Assembly (NCBI GenBank): GCA_040880145.1
Contig: JBBDIZ010000007.1
Span: 270-46,546, forward strand
Direction of reading: 5' to 3'
Source: Simkaniaceae bacterium
GTDB taxonomy: Bacteria > Chlamydiota > Chlamydiia > Chlamydiales > JAJFMI01
DNA length: 46,277 nt
Every line of letters starts with the position of its first letter. The stretch's first letter is position 1. This document shows, piece by piece, positions 9,607 to 17,633 of the stretch. A program made the translations under genes and the position numbers. The notes below the pieces were generated by a model. The model saw nothing but the letters and a program-made list of their open reading frames with translations, did no database searches and was not told the origin of the DNA.

Positions 9607-9679
9607 GAGGCTTTAGCTCAGTTGGTAGAGCATCTCCCTTTTAAGGAGAGGGTCGTTGGTTCGAGCCCAACAAGCCTCA
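9607..9679 (+). tRNA. tRNA-Lys(TTT)
   Basis: GAGGCTT/AAGCCTC acceptor stem, anticodon arm TCTCC-CTTTTAA-GGAGA, GTTCGAGC. Confidence 0.95.
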
Positions 9680-9683
9680 TTTG

Positions 9684-9709
9684 GCGGTTCTTTTGAACCG
9701 CTTTTTTTT
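9684..9709 (+). terminator. Rho-independent terminator after the tRNAs
   Basis: GCGGTTC-TTTT-GAACCGC followed by T8. Confidence 0.85.
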
Positions 9710-10382
9710 ATACAGATTTTTGAACTCGTTTCGTATAAAAATTTTTAAGGATTTGCTCCGCTATTTTCAGATCGAAAGGATGGGTGATCTTTATATTTTC
9801 TGAAGTGCCGGGAAGGATATGAACCGGATGATTTTGAGAAATAAGCAATTGGCAATCATCTGTAGCGCTGCGAATCTTAGTCGTTTTGTGAGCCTTCAGT
9901 ATCAGGGGATAGTGAAACGTTTGAGGGGTTTGTCCCCGTAACAAGTGGTTCCGATTCGGGATTTCTTGGATCGTTTGGCCGCACTCTGAATAAATGAGCG
10001 TATCTGTAGAGGGAATACAGGTATTGATTGCGCTATAGGTTTTTGCAGCTTTAAGGTGCCCGGCAATCATCTCTAAAGTGAGAAAAGGACGTACCCCCTC
10101 ATGAATGAGGACGGTATCTGTTTCCGGATGGCAAGCAAGCAATCCCTTAAATGACGAGGCCTGCCTTGTTGATCCGCCTTGTACAGTTTTGATACCTGGA
10201 TAAGAGAGGGGGAATTTAGGGGAGGTGACTAAAATAATTTCATCAAAAGCCTGGGACTCAATTAAAACGTTTAGAGCATAACTAAAAAGAGGGCGGCCTA
10301 ATAAAGAAGTATACTGCTTGGGTTTATCACTTTTAAAACGGGTCCCGTTTCCTGCAAGAAGAAGAATTGCGCTTTTTCTCAT
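9708..10382 (-). CDS. ispD: IspD/TarI-family cytidylyltransferase
   Basis: LAGNGTRF..DKPKQY, GGSTRQAS, HEGVRPF, QTPQTF, ATDD, NIKIT. Confidence 0.8.
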   Translation of the reverse strand: MRKSAILLLAGNGTRFKSDKPKQYTSLLGRPLFSYALNVLIESQAFDEIILVTSPKFPLSYPGIKTVQGGSTRQASSFKGLLACHPETDTVLIHEGVRPFLTLEMIAGHLKAAKTYSAINTCIPSTDTLIYSECGQTIQEIPNRNHLLRGQTPQTFHYPLILKAHKTTKIRSATDDCQLLISQNHPVHILPGTSENIKITHPFDLKIAEQILKNFYTKRVQKSV

Positions 10383-11440
10383 ATTTTAAGGGAAGAAGAG
10401 CGGAGTTTTTCTTGAAGATATTCTGAACGCTTGTGAAGAAGCTCTTCTCTATTTAAAGATTGGTTGTGAAGAGTGGTTAGGTGGGCTTGCCTTGAGTGGA
10501 AAAAAAGCTTTGAAAGTTCTTTGTCGTCGATACCTTTCAAGTAGTTGTAGTGGATGCCAAGCTTGAGAGCGCTTAGAGCATTTAAGGTTTCCTTCGCATG
10601 AAGTTCGTAGGAATGGGTTAAAAGACCAAACGCGCGGCTAATTTGATCTTTAATTCGGGGATCATCGATCAATTTTTCTCTTTCTTGAAGTTCTTGCGAA
10701 ACCAGTTTATTAGCACCGGAATGCACGCTTTTTAAAATCTCTTCTTCCGGAAGACCTAAAGTGTAGCGATTTTGCAAAATAATGAGATCACCGACAAACT
10801 CATTTTCACTTTTCTCAATGCCCAAAATTTTCAGCCCCAGTTCTTTTAATTCGTCTTTCATGGATTCAATGGTTCCTGATTGAATCAAGGCAGGGAGGTG
10901 AAGATAAGCTAGGCAAATAAATGCCGTACCCGCCTCAAAAATATGATGAGTCAGATAGCCAAATCGAGGAGAATAAGCGAAGACAAGTTTTTCAGAGAGC
11001 TCTCTTTCTAAGTTTTGAAGTTTTAGCCAGGTCTTTTGCCATTGTTTTTGCTCTGTTGACCACATTAGAGTTAAATGATCTTGAAAATTCAAGAAACCTA
11101 AAAATCGATTGGTGCCATCGATCACAAGACCGAGCCCTTTTTCTTCTCTAAGAGAGCAGCTATCGACTAAATAGTGTTCAAATAGAAGGTCTTTTTCTTG
11201 CGCTGAGAGCTCATGAGAGGGGAAGATTTGCGCATTATCAATCGCTTTTGTTTTTAGAAAGGCCTCTTTTAAGAGATCAAAAAGCTGCACCTTCAGTCCA
11301 TTAGGAGCTTTTGCCGGAAAAAGTTGATCTTGCAAGTTGCGTTTGAGTGTAAAGCAAGAGCCTAGCCAAATAGGGCTTTCGCTTTGATCCCACTGCGTAT
11401 TGGAGGAGAGCTCTTTAGGCAGTTTATCCTTGGCCATCAT
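10379..11440 (-). CDS. mcsB: McsB-like protein-arginine kinase (ATP:guanido phosphotransferase family)
   Basis: L.RNL....FP, NFQDHL, FAYSPRFGYLT, LHLPAL, QNRYTLG..EE; follows mcsA. Confidence 0.85.
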   Translation of the reverse strand: MMAKDKLPKELSSNTQWDQSESPIWLGSCFTLKRNLQDQLFPAKAPNGLKVQLFDLLKEAFLKTKAIDNAQIFPSHELSAQEKDLLFEHYLVDSCSLREEKGLGLVIDGTNRFLGFLNFQDHLTLMWSTEQKQWQKTWLKLQNLERELSEKLVFAYSPRFGYLTHHIFEAGTAFICLAYLHLPALIQSGTIESMKDELKELGLKILGIEKSENEFVGDLIILQNRYTLGLPEEEILKSVHSGANKLVSQELQEREKLIDDPRIKDQISRAFGLLTHSYELHAKETLNALSALKLGIHYNYLKGIDDKELSKLFFHSRQAHLTTLHNQSLNREELLHKRSEYLQEKLRSSSLKI

Positions 11441-11939
11441 CTCCCTCGATTAACCCTTTAATTTGGTCGCGGATATAAGCCGCCTCTTCATAATTTTCCT
11501 TTCGAAGCGCCTTGTTTAGCGCTTCATTTAAGCCTTGTAGTTGAGACGAAAGAGGGACGCCTTCGCTATTTTCCGGCTTGATTTGCCCAAGATGTAAAGG
11601 AGCCTTCGCATCGGCTTCTAATAAAGAAAGGCACCTCTTTGGAAGAGCAAAGTTTTTGCGATATTCCTCAGTTAAAACAGCCTCAAAAGCGCTATAGCAG
11701 CTCGGGCAGCCTACCTGTTTTTCCTGCCCCATTTCCTCAGTGGAAGTTTGACAATGATCACAAATAAAAACTTCCTTATGAGAAGTAAGGTCCTTCGCAC
11801 TTTCCTCATCTTGAAAAACGGCAAGAACAGGACATTCCTCGCAACAACTCTGCTCGGTTATCGCGTTTTGAGCGATTTGCTTATAGATGACTCGGATGGG
11901 TTTTTGACAACCGGTACACTCTATGGGACGATCTGACAT
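11424..11939 (-). CDS. mcsA: McsA-like protein (CxxC motifs plus UVR domain)
   Basis: CTGC, CEEC, CDHC, GCPSCY; C-terminal ENYEEAAYIRDQI. Confidence 0.88.
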   Translation of the reverse strand: MSDRPIECTGCQKPIRVIYKQIAQNAITEQSCCEECPVLAVFQDEESAKDLTSHKEVFICDHCQTSTEEMGQEKQVGCPSCYSAFEAVLTEEYRKNFALPKRCLSLLEADAKAPLHLGQIKPENSEGVPLSSQLQGLNEALNKALRKENYEEAAYIRDQIKGLIEGDDGQG

Positions 11940-11983
11940 CTTCTGCTAGCCTTTTTTTTCGATAGTAAGTAATTTAATGAAAT

Positions 11984-12370
11984 ATGAAAACGAAGAAATT
12001 ATACCCTATTATTTTATTGAGCCTGTTCTTCCTTTCAACTTGTCCCCGAAAAGAGGGAAATACCCAGCCTGGAGATGAATCTCTAATGCCTCCTCAGGTT
12101 CAAGAAGATGAGTGCTCGAATCTCACACCGCAAGAGAAGGCTTTTGCAAGCCAGCTCAGTGCCGCCCATCGCCATCTTTTCTGCACCCAATTCTCATCTA
12201 TCCAAAGGGCGGAATCGATGGCACTAGCGACCCCAACCTCAAGTCCCAAAGAAAAACATGCGATGAGTCCAGATGAAGCGGTAGAAAAAATACTCAAGAG
12301 CTCTCGGGGTCAAGTTAAACCGAGTTCGCCTTCAAAGGCCGTCAAGCCTAAGCTGAAAATCATGAAGTAG
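11984..12370 (+). CDS. Hypothetical secreted protein or lipoprotein
   Basis: Signal-like N-terminus MKTKKLYPIILLSLFFLSTC. Confidence 0.7.
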   Translation: MKTKKLYPIILLSLFFLSTCPRKEGNTQPGDESLMPPQVQEDECSNLTPQEKAFASQLSAAHRHLFCTQFSSIQRAESMALATPTSSPKEKHAMSPDEAVEKILKSSRGQVKPSSPSKAVKPKLKIMK

Positions 12371-12379
12371 TATAGTAAT

Positions 12380-12442
12380 CGGTCACGGTGCCCTAAAAGC
12401 CAGGGCAGATTGTAGGATATGGGGTTCCTAGTCGAAAGGACT
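12380..12442 (+). mobile_element. Left piece of a small IS200/IS605-like (omegaRNA/MITE-like) element
   Basis: Hairpin TGCCCT-aaaagcc-AGGGCA (12389-12407). Half-hairpin GGGTTCCTAGTC-GAAAG-GAC is completed by TAGGAACCC at 14413-14421. Left boundary is approximate. Confidence 0.5.
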
Positions 12443-12528
12443 TTAAAGTGGCAGTTAGAAAGTCCCAGATGGATTGCGGCGCTTTATCTGGGACATTATC
12501 ATGTTGCGCTTACAACATAAATAGTTGA

Positions 12529-12564
12529 TTGACAACTTGAGGAATGAGTCGTAAACTGACTCAT
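12529..12564 (+). promoter_or_regulatory. Sigma66/70 promoter of the toxin cassette with an operator-like inverted repeat
   Basis: TTGACA(12529-34)-N17-TAAACT(12552-57). ATGAGTC/GACTCAT (12544-50, 12558-64) brackets the -10 box. Confidence 0.6.
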
Positions 12565-12578
12565 CAATTGAACTGGAA

Positions 12579-14174
12579 TTGCGAAGTTTTACTGTGCGAA
12601 AATTGAAGCTTTTTACCCACTGTACCATCCTCGCTACCACGCCAATCTTACTTGCCTATCCTCAACATAATCTATCACAGGTCTCGCTTCAAGTGGTGAA
12701 TTACGGATATCAGCAGAGGTCAAAACAACCTCTCCCTCAAGTCATTCCTCAAACAGTAAGCTGGTTGGGAGATTGGTGGTGGGGTCAGGAGAAAGAGGAA
12801 GAATGGGTTTGTCCCAACACCTATGATGAGATCATCCAGATGCTCGAAGATTTGGAGTCTGGAGAGCTCGAGAGAAGATACTCACCCATGCAGCTGGAGA
12901 AGGTGAATGATTACATAGCGACTCTTGCAAAAGAGGGGATTCTCCCCAATGAGTTTGAAGAAGAGTACGAGCTCGAAGAAGACATCTACGACCTCATGCA
13001 TGGAGAAGACAGTGCATTTCAGTTAATGCATTACTTGGAAAACAGTCATGATTATATGATTATCCCAGCGGTTCAGAGCGGCTATTCTGGATACAACATC
13101 GTACAGTGCGGCAAAATCAGTCACGCATGGAAAAAGACAAAAAAGTTCTGCAAAAAACACAAAAAAGCCATAATAATCGGGGCTGTAGTAGTGGTGGCTG
13201 TTACAGTCGTTGCTGTAGCTGTCGTAGCAGCATCTTCAGCAGGCACAGCCTATGCGGCAGCAGGAGCTGTTGGAGTCGCAGCAGGTGCTGGAGCAGGATC
13301 CTCAGATTCTGGCCATCCTGAATCAGAAAAATTAGAATCAAAGGAAGAATCTCCACCTATTTCTGCAGCTCTAAAAGAAACATTGCCTCCTGTTGATACA
13401 AATGAAGCTCCCATCATGAAAGCAGCCCTAGATGAACATGTTGCTTCTTTCAAGGAGTTTCTCGTGGAGGATACGGCTACTCAGCAAGCAACTGGCTCTA
13501 AGGGGTGGGATGGGATGTCCTTTGGTGAAAAGGCAAGAGAAGTGGGAGCGAATATTGCCCACAAGGCACTGGATGAAATCACAGATCTAGTAAAAGTGTT
13601 TCCCTATCTCTGCGAAGAAGTGAAGGAACTAGGTGATAGATTCTTGCCAGAAAGTCTTAAGCTGCCAGATTCTGGAGAGCCGGTAAGCCCCATAGAAAAT
13701 TATAAGAACCTGGTTTCTAAGGGTCATAAAGCAATCGATAACGTCTTTTCAACAGACCAAGCAGAGCTTTTCACAGCAGAAGCTAGAGCAAATGACCCTA
13801 TGAATAATTTTGCTATTGGCATGATCCCCTTTCCAGGCTCTTTCACTAAAATCTTCTCAAATGCTGGACAGTTTAAAGAGGCTGGAAAAGTATTAGACAG
13901 AGCTGGGTTTACCAAATCTGGAAGGGGATTAATGAAACATGGCAATCGAAAAGGGAGTGTCTTTCCAAAGCCATTAGGCAATCCAGCTGAAATGAATAAG
14001 AGAGGCCAGAAGATTTTAGAAGAAATTCTAGATCACCCAAATAACCAAGTTTATCGACTTAAAAATGGGGGAATAAAGGTATATTCTCCAGACAGAAGGG
14101 GCGTAAGCTTTGAGAAAGATGGAAGTTTTAGAGGATTTATAGAGAAGCAATATGAAAAAGACATTTTTAATTGA
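12579..14174 (+). CDS. Putative polymorphic toxin: signal-like N-terminus, central hydrophobic/Gly-Ala segment, C-terminal putative nuclease toxin domain
   Basis: KKHKKAIIIGAVVVVAVTVVAVAVVAASSAG TM segment. C-terminus TKSGRGLMKHGNR..SVFP...GQKILEEIL..P...RGVSF..DGSFRGFIE resembles GRALQKHG-type tips of Rhs/CdiA toxins (by recall). Start codon uncertain (TTG 12579 or GTG 12594). Confidence 0.7.
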   Translation: MRSFTVRKLKLFTHCTILATTPILLAYPQHNLSQVSLQVVNYGYQQRSKQPLPQVIPQTVSWLGDWWWGQEKEEEWVCPNTYDEIIQMLEDLESGELERRYSPMQLEKVNDYIATLAKEGILPNEFEEEYELEEDIYDLMHGEDSAFQLMHYLENSHDYMIIPAVQSGYSGYNIVQCGKISHAWKKTKKFCKKHKKAIIIGAVVVVAVTVVAVAVVAASSAGTAYAAAGAVGVAAGAGAGSSDSGHPESEKLESKEESPPISAALKETLPPVDTNEAPIMKAALDEHVASFKEFLVEDTATQQATGSKGWDGMSFGEKAREVGANIAHKALDEITDLVKVFPYLCEEVKELGDRFLPESLKLPDSGEPVSPIENYKNLVSKGHKAIDNVFSTDQAELFTAEARANDPMNNFAIGMIPFPGSFTKIFSNAGQFKEAGKVLDRAGFTKSGRGLMKHGNRKGSVFPKPLGNPAEMNKRGQKILEEILDHPNNQVYRLKNGGIKVYSPDRRGVSFEKDGSFRGFIEKQYEKDIFN

Positions 14175-14415
14175 AACATGCAGTGATTTAAATTACGAAG
14201 GAATGGTTGTTGATATTACCTTTGACAACCAAAGAATTGCTATGATCAACTATGACAAGGGAATGGATAATTTGGAGATTGAGATTCTTCCTTCCGGAGA
14301 TGAGCCATCCGAATGTGTTTTTCCTTTAAAGGATTTTTTAGAAATTCTTGAGAAAGCAAAAGAAATTGCAATTCAATGCGCCAAAGAAGACGAAGAAAGG
14401 AAAAATGAGAATTAG
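14152..14415 (+). CDS. Putative cognate immunity protein (87 aa, acidic)
   Basis: Overlaps the toxin 3' end by 23 nt; small and acidic; SDLNYEGMVVDI...LEIEI.P...FPLKDFLEILEKAK pattern. Confidence 0.68.
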   Translation: MKKTFLIETCSDLNYEGMVVDITFDNQRIAMINYDKGMDNLEIEILPSGDEPSECVFPLKDFLEILEKAKEIAIQCAKEDEERKNEN

Positions 14416-14473
14416 GAACCCTAAACGTAAGAATAGGGAATCCCACTTGCTTTAGCAGTTGGGAGGATGTCAA
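14413..14473 (+). mobile_element. IS200/IS605-family (tnpB-type) right end
   Basis: GAATCCCACTTGCTTTAGCAGTTGGGAGGATGTCAA: subterminal hairpin with a CTTTAG core ending GGATGTCAA, the typical IS605 right-end/reRNA 3' signature. No tnpA or tnpB adjacent. Confidence 0.75.
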
Positions 14474-14527
14474 ATTGCATAACTAAATGTTATTATTCTA
14501 AGGGATATTCCTGTATAATCTTCGTTT

Positions 14528-15691
14528 ATGGTTAGAGAACTCTGTTTTTACGCCCTCTACAAATCCTTGAAAAATGAAGCCTACTTAAGTGAAACCATTG
14601 CAAAGGTTCGGGAAGGGGAGCGGTTGGATGAGCGCGATCTTAAGCTTTTAGAAGAGATTGCTTATGGGGTGATGCGCCGCCTTTATACTCTTGACGCCTA
14701 TTTAAAAGAGCTGACGCCAAAGGGGAAGCTCAAGGTAAAACTTAAAGAGCGCATTTTGCTTTATATGGCTCTTTACCAATTTCTTTATCTCGATAAAATC
14801 CCGCTCTATGCAATTGGTCAAGAAATGGCTGAGCTTGCCAAAAAAAAGACCCACTCTCGTTTTGTCCCTTTTTTAAATGCACTGATCCGTCGCTTCGAGG
14901 GATTTACCTTTCAAAGGCCTAAAGAGCTTTGGCAGCGCTACTCTGTGACCCCTTTTTTTCTAAAAGAGCTTGAAAAACGTTCTACTGAAGAAGAAATCAT
15001 TGCGCTTCTTGAGATTTTTAATCGTCCTCCCCTCCTTTTTATGAGAAGGATTGATGGAGATGCCGCCTCTTTTATTCCCTACGATCCTCTTCTTCTCAAT
15101 GATAAAAGATTTTATGTACAAAACCCAACTCCTGCACATCTTATGAAGGCACTTTACCGCCCCACGTTCCAGCCGCGAAAAATACTCGACTTTTGCGCTG
15201 CACCGGGAGGGAAGACCCTTCTGCTTCGAGATCTCTTCCCTAACGCAGAATTGTTTGTGAACGACCCTTCCGAGAAAAGGTTAAAACGCTTAGAAAATAA
15301 TCTAAAAAAATATGAGGTTCAAGCTACCCTTTTTTCAGAGCGGGGGGAACTCTTTGAAAGCTCTCATCAATACGATCTTATTCTGCTCGATGTACCGTGC
15401 TCCAATAGCGGGGTTTTGCATAAACGGGTCGAAGCGCGCTACCGAATTACTAAAGAAAACTTGAAAGAGTTAACGCTTCTCCAAAAAAAGCTAGTGGCCC
15501 GCGCAGAGAGCCTGCTTTCTGAAAATGGAGAGATCTGGTATATGACCTGTTCAATACTTGACTCTGAAAATGAAGAGATTGTCCAATCATCTAATTTAGA
15601 TGTATCAGATGAGATGCAGCGGTATCTTCCTAATCATAAGGGTGAAGATGGGGGTTTTGGCGCTATTTTAAAAAAGAAGAAGGTTCTTTAA
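14528..15691 (+). CDS. rsmB: 16S rRNA m5C methyltransferase RsmB/Sun (NusB-like N-domain)
   Basis: YGVMRR..LD, FLNALIR, DFCAAPGGKT, DVPCSNSG, YMTCS. Confidence 0.85.
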   Translation: MVRELCFYALYKSLKNEAYLSETIAKVREGERLDERDLKLLEEIAYGVMRRLYTLDAYLKELTPKGKLKVKLKERILLYMALYQFLYLDKIPLYAIGQEMAELAKKKTHSRFVPFLNALIRRFEGFTFQRPKELWQRYSVTPFFLKELEKRSTEEEIIALLEIFNRPPLLFMRRIDGDAASFIPYDPLLLNDKRFYVQNPTPAHLMKALYRPTFQPRKILDFCAAPGGKTLLLRDLFPNAELFVNDPSEKRLKRLENNLKKYEVQATLFSERGELFESSHQYDLILLDVPCSNSGVLHKRVEARYRITKENLKELTLLQKKLVARAESLLSENGEIWYMTCSILDSENEEIVQSSNLDVSDEMQRYLPNHKGEDGGFGAILKKKKVL

Positions 15692-15715
15692 ATTAAAAAT
15701 TTCTAGTGTATAGCT

Positions 15716-17023
15716 ATGAATGCCAACAATAATTGCAATATCGATAGCAATCCTAACTTTCAACTGCCTCTAGTGCAGGAAGGATTTCCTGATTTCATAT
15801 TATGTAAAATTTTTCGATGTCTTTGGGGTGATCTTCAGACCATGTCAGGACTATTGCAAGTCTGTAAATATTGGAATGAACTCATTTTATATGAGATAAA
15901 AAGAGAAGCGAGGAACACGAAAAGAAGCATTTCTGAAATTTTTTTTGAACTTAGCTTTAAACACATTCAAGGGCTTCAACGCATTCAGGCTGTTTTCGAT
16001 GATAAAAAATTTGAAGCTTTAAACTCTTATCCAACTATTTGGAATTGTTTACGAAAGCTAAATAGCGTTGCTTTTAAACAATTACTGCTTGTTCGAAAGA
16101 AGAATGATTTATTGACAGTAACGAATGGTTTAAACGATTCGGTTTTTTTGATTGTCATTAATCAATTATTCGAATTTCTCTTAAAGGAAAAAAGCATATC
16201 CTCCAGGTACGCTCAAGCAATTGTCTCTCTTTCCGATCACAAATATCATTTGCTTGCTAATGATATTCTTCAAAACGTTTCTCAAAAATTTGTCCTCCGG
16301 GTGGTAGAAAAAGTTGTAAAAATTTATATGATTCGAAAAGATTTTTTTAACGCATATAAAGCGGCTTCAGAGATTCTCGATGATGACGTAAGAATAAAAA
16401 ATCTTGAAGTCATTTGCTTTAAACTTTTTGAAGAGTATCCCCTTGAGGAAATTGTCGACTTTTTGAAGGGGCTCTCTTTTGACAATGATAGAGTGAGCCT
16501 ATTCACTCTATCACTTGATAAAATATTGAAAATTGCTCAACCGGAAATAGGAAAAAGACTTGTTCTTAGCTTGCCTTACAACTGTGAAAGTAAAATAAAA
16601 GTGCTCAAAAAAGAACTCTCGAATGAAAAGAAAGTCAGGCCGTTTTTTGAAGCTGTTCTCGATGAGGTTAGCGGGCTTTCAAATAAAGTTTTAAAATTAA
16701 GGCTTTTAATCAATCTATTTGATCAGTGTATAAAGATCGGTCGAAAAGATTTAGCAGTGAAAATCTATAATAAAACACCCGAATGCTGGATCAAAAAAGA
16801 TTCCTTGCATATTCAGCTAATGAATCACTATACCGATGGTCGAAGAGGGACTTTAGATCCGGGATTTAAGATTGCTTTAGCAGTGGAAGCTTTACGAGAT
16901 GGCGACATGGCACTCGCAAGCAAAAGAGCCGAGGAGATTCCAAAAAACTATCGGCATCATTGGCAGAGAGAGTTAGAGGCTGTTATGAAAGATAATCAAA
17001 TAAATCTTTTCTTTGAAGAGTAA
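15716..17023 (+). CDS. F-box-like protein with a helical C-terminal region (candidate host effector)
   Basis: FPDFILCKIFRCL...LLQVCKYWNELI matches the F-box pattern; AT-rich; polar Asn-rich N-terminus. Confidence 0.65.
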   Translation: MNANNNCNIDSNPNFQLPLVQEGFPDFILCKIFRCLWGDLQTMSGLLQVCKYWNELILYEIKREARNTKRSISEIFFELSFKHIQGLQRIQAVFDDKKFEALNSYPTIWNCLRKLNSVAFKQLLLVRKKNDLLTVTNGLNDSVFLIVINQLFEFLLKEKSISSRYAQAIVSLSDHKYHLLANDILQNVSQKFVLRVVEKVVKIYMIRKDFFNAYKAASEILDDDVRIKNLEVICFKLFEEYPLEEIVDFLKGLSFDNDRVSLFTLSLDKILKIAQPEIGKRLVLSLPYNCESKIKVLKKELSNEKKVRPFFEAVLDEVSGLSNKVLKLRLLINLFDQCIKIGRKDLAVKIYNKTPECWIKKDSLHIQLMNHYTDGRRGTLDPGFKIALAVEALRDGDMALASKRAEEIPKNYRHHWQRELEAVMKDNQINLFFEE

Positions 17024-17096
17024 AAAAAAATCTCTTGCATTAATTAAAGATTCCATAAATATTATGGAGAATTATTAATATCACTGTGAGAATATA

Positions 17097-17633
17097 ATGG
17101 AATTTTTTGATCTTTCTCTTCAAGGGCTGAAACTAATTGTCCCTAAGATTCAACAGGATAGAAGGGGTAAGTTTTTAGAAATCTATCGGAAAAATGCTTT
17201 TGAAAATGCGGGGATTGATGCCTGCTTTTTGCAGGAAAATCATTCGACTTCAGCAAAGGGAACCTTAAGAGGGATGCACTACCAACTTTATCCCGGTCAG
17301 GATAAATTAGTTCGCGTGACAAGTGGTCGTATTTATGACGTGGTTGTCGATATGCGTCCTAAATCCAAGACGTATAAGTGTTGGCAGGGCGTCTATTTAG
17401 ATGATGAAGAATGTAAAATGCTCTTCATCCCGACTGGGTTTGCTCATGGTTTCTGTGTGCTGAGTGATTCAGCGGATGTTCACTATAAGGTAAGCTCTTA
17501 TTATGATCCTCAAACGGAGAAGTCGTTTCGTTATGACGATCCTGAAATTGCTATTTCATGGCCGGTGCAATATCCTATTTTATCTGAGCGAGATGTTTCG
17601 GCACCCTCTTTTCGACATCTGGTGCATGCTTGA
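17097..17633 (+). CDS. rfbC: dTDP-4-dehydrorhamnose 3,5-epimerase
   Basis: DRRGKFLE, GTLRGMHYQ, GFAHGF, HYKV. Confidence 0.95.
   Translation: MEFFDLSLQGLKLIVPKIQQDRRGKFLEIYRKNAFENAGIDACFLQENHSTSAKGTLRGMHYQLYPGQDKLVRVTSGRIYDVVVDMRPKSKTYKCWQGVYLDDEECKMLFIPTGFAHGFCVLSDSADVHYKVSSYYDPQTEKSFRYDDPEIAISWPVQYPILSERDVSAPSFRHLVHA

Noticed and set aside
12380..12500. Group I/II intron or IStron
   Set aside because: No recognisable catalytic core or domain V, and the structured region is too short.
12454..14430. Integron cassette interpretation of the toxin insert (GTTAGAA at 12454)
   Set aside because: No matching RYYYAAC/attC structure follows the genes and there is no integrase in the window.
14475..14483. 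TTGCATAAC after the IS605 end also occurs in the IS5 TIR, suggesting a guide against that element
   Set aside because: Only 9 nt match in AT-rich DNA, which is compatible with chance.
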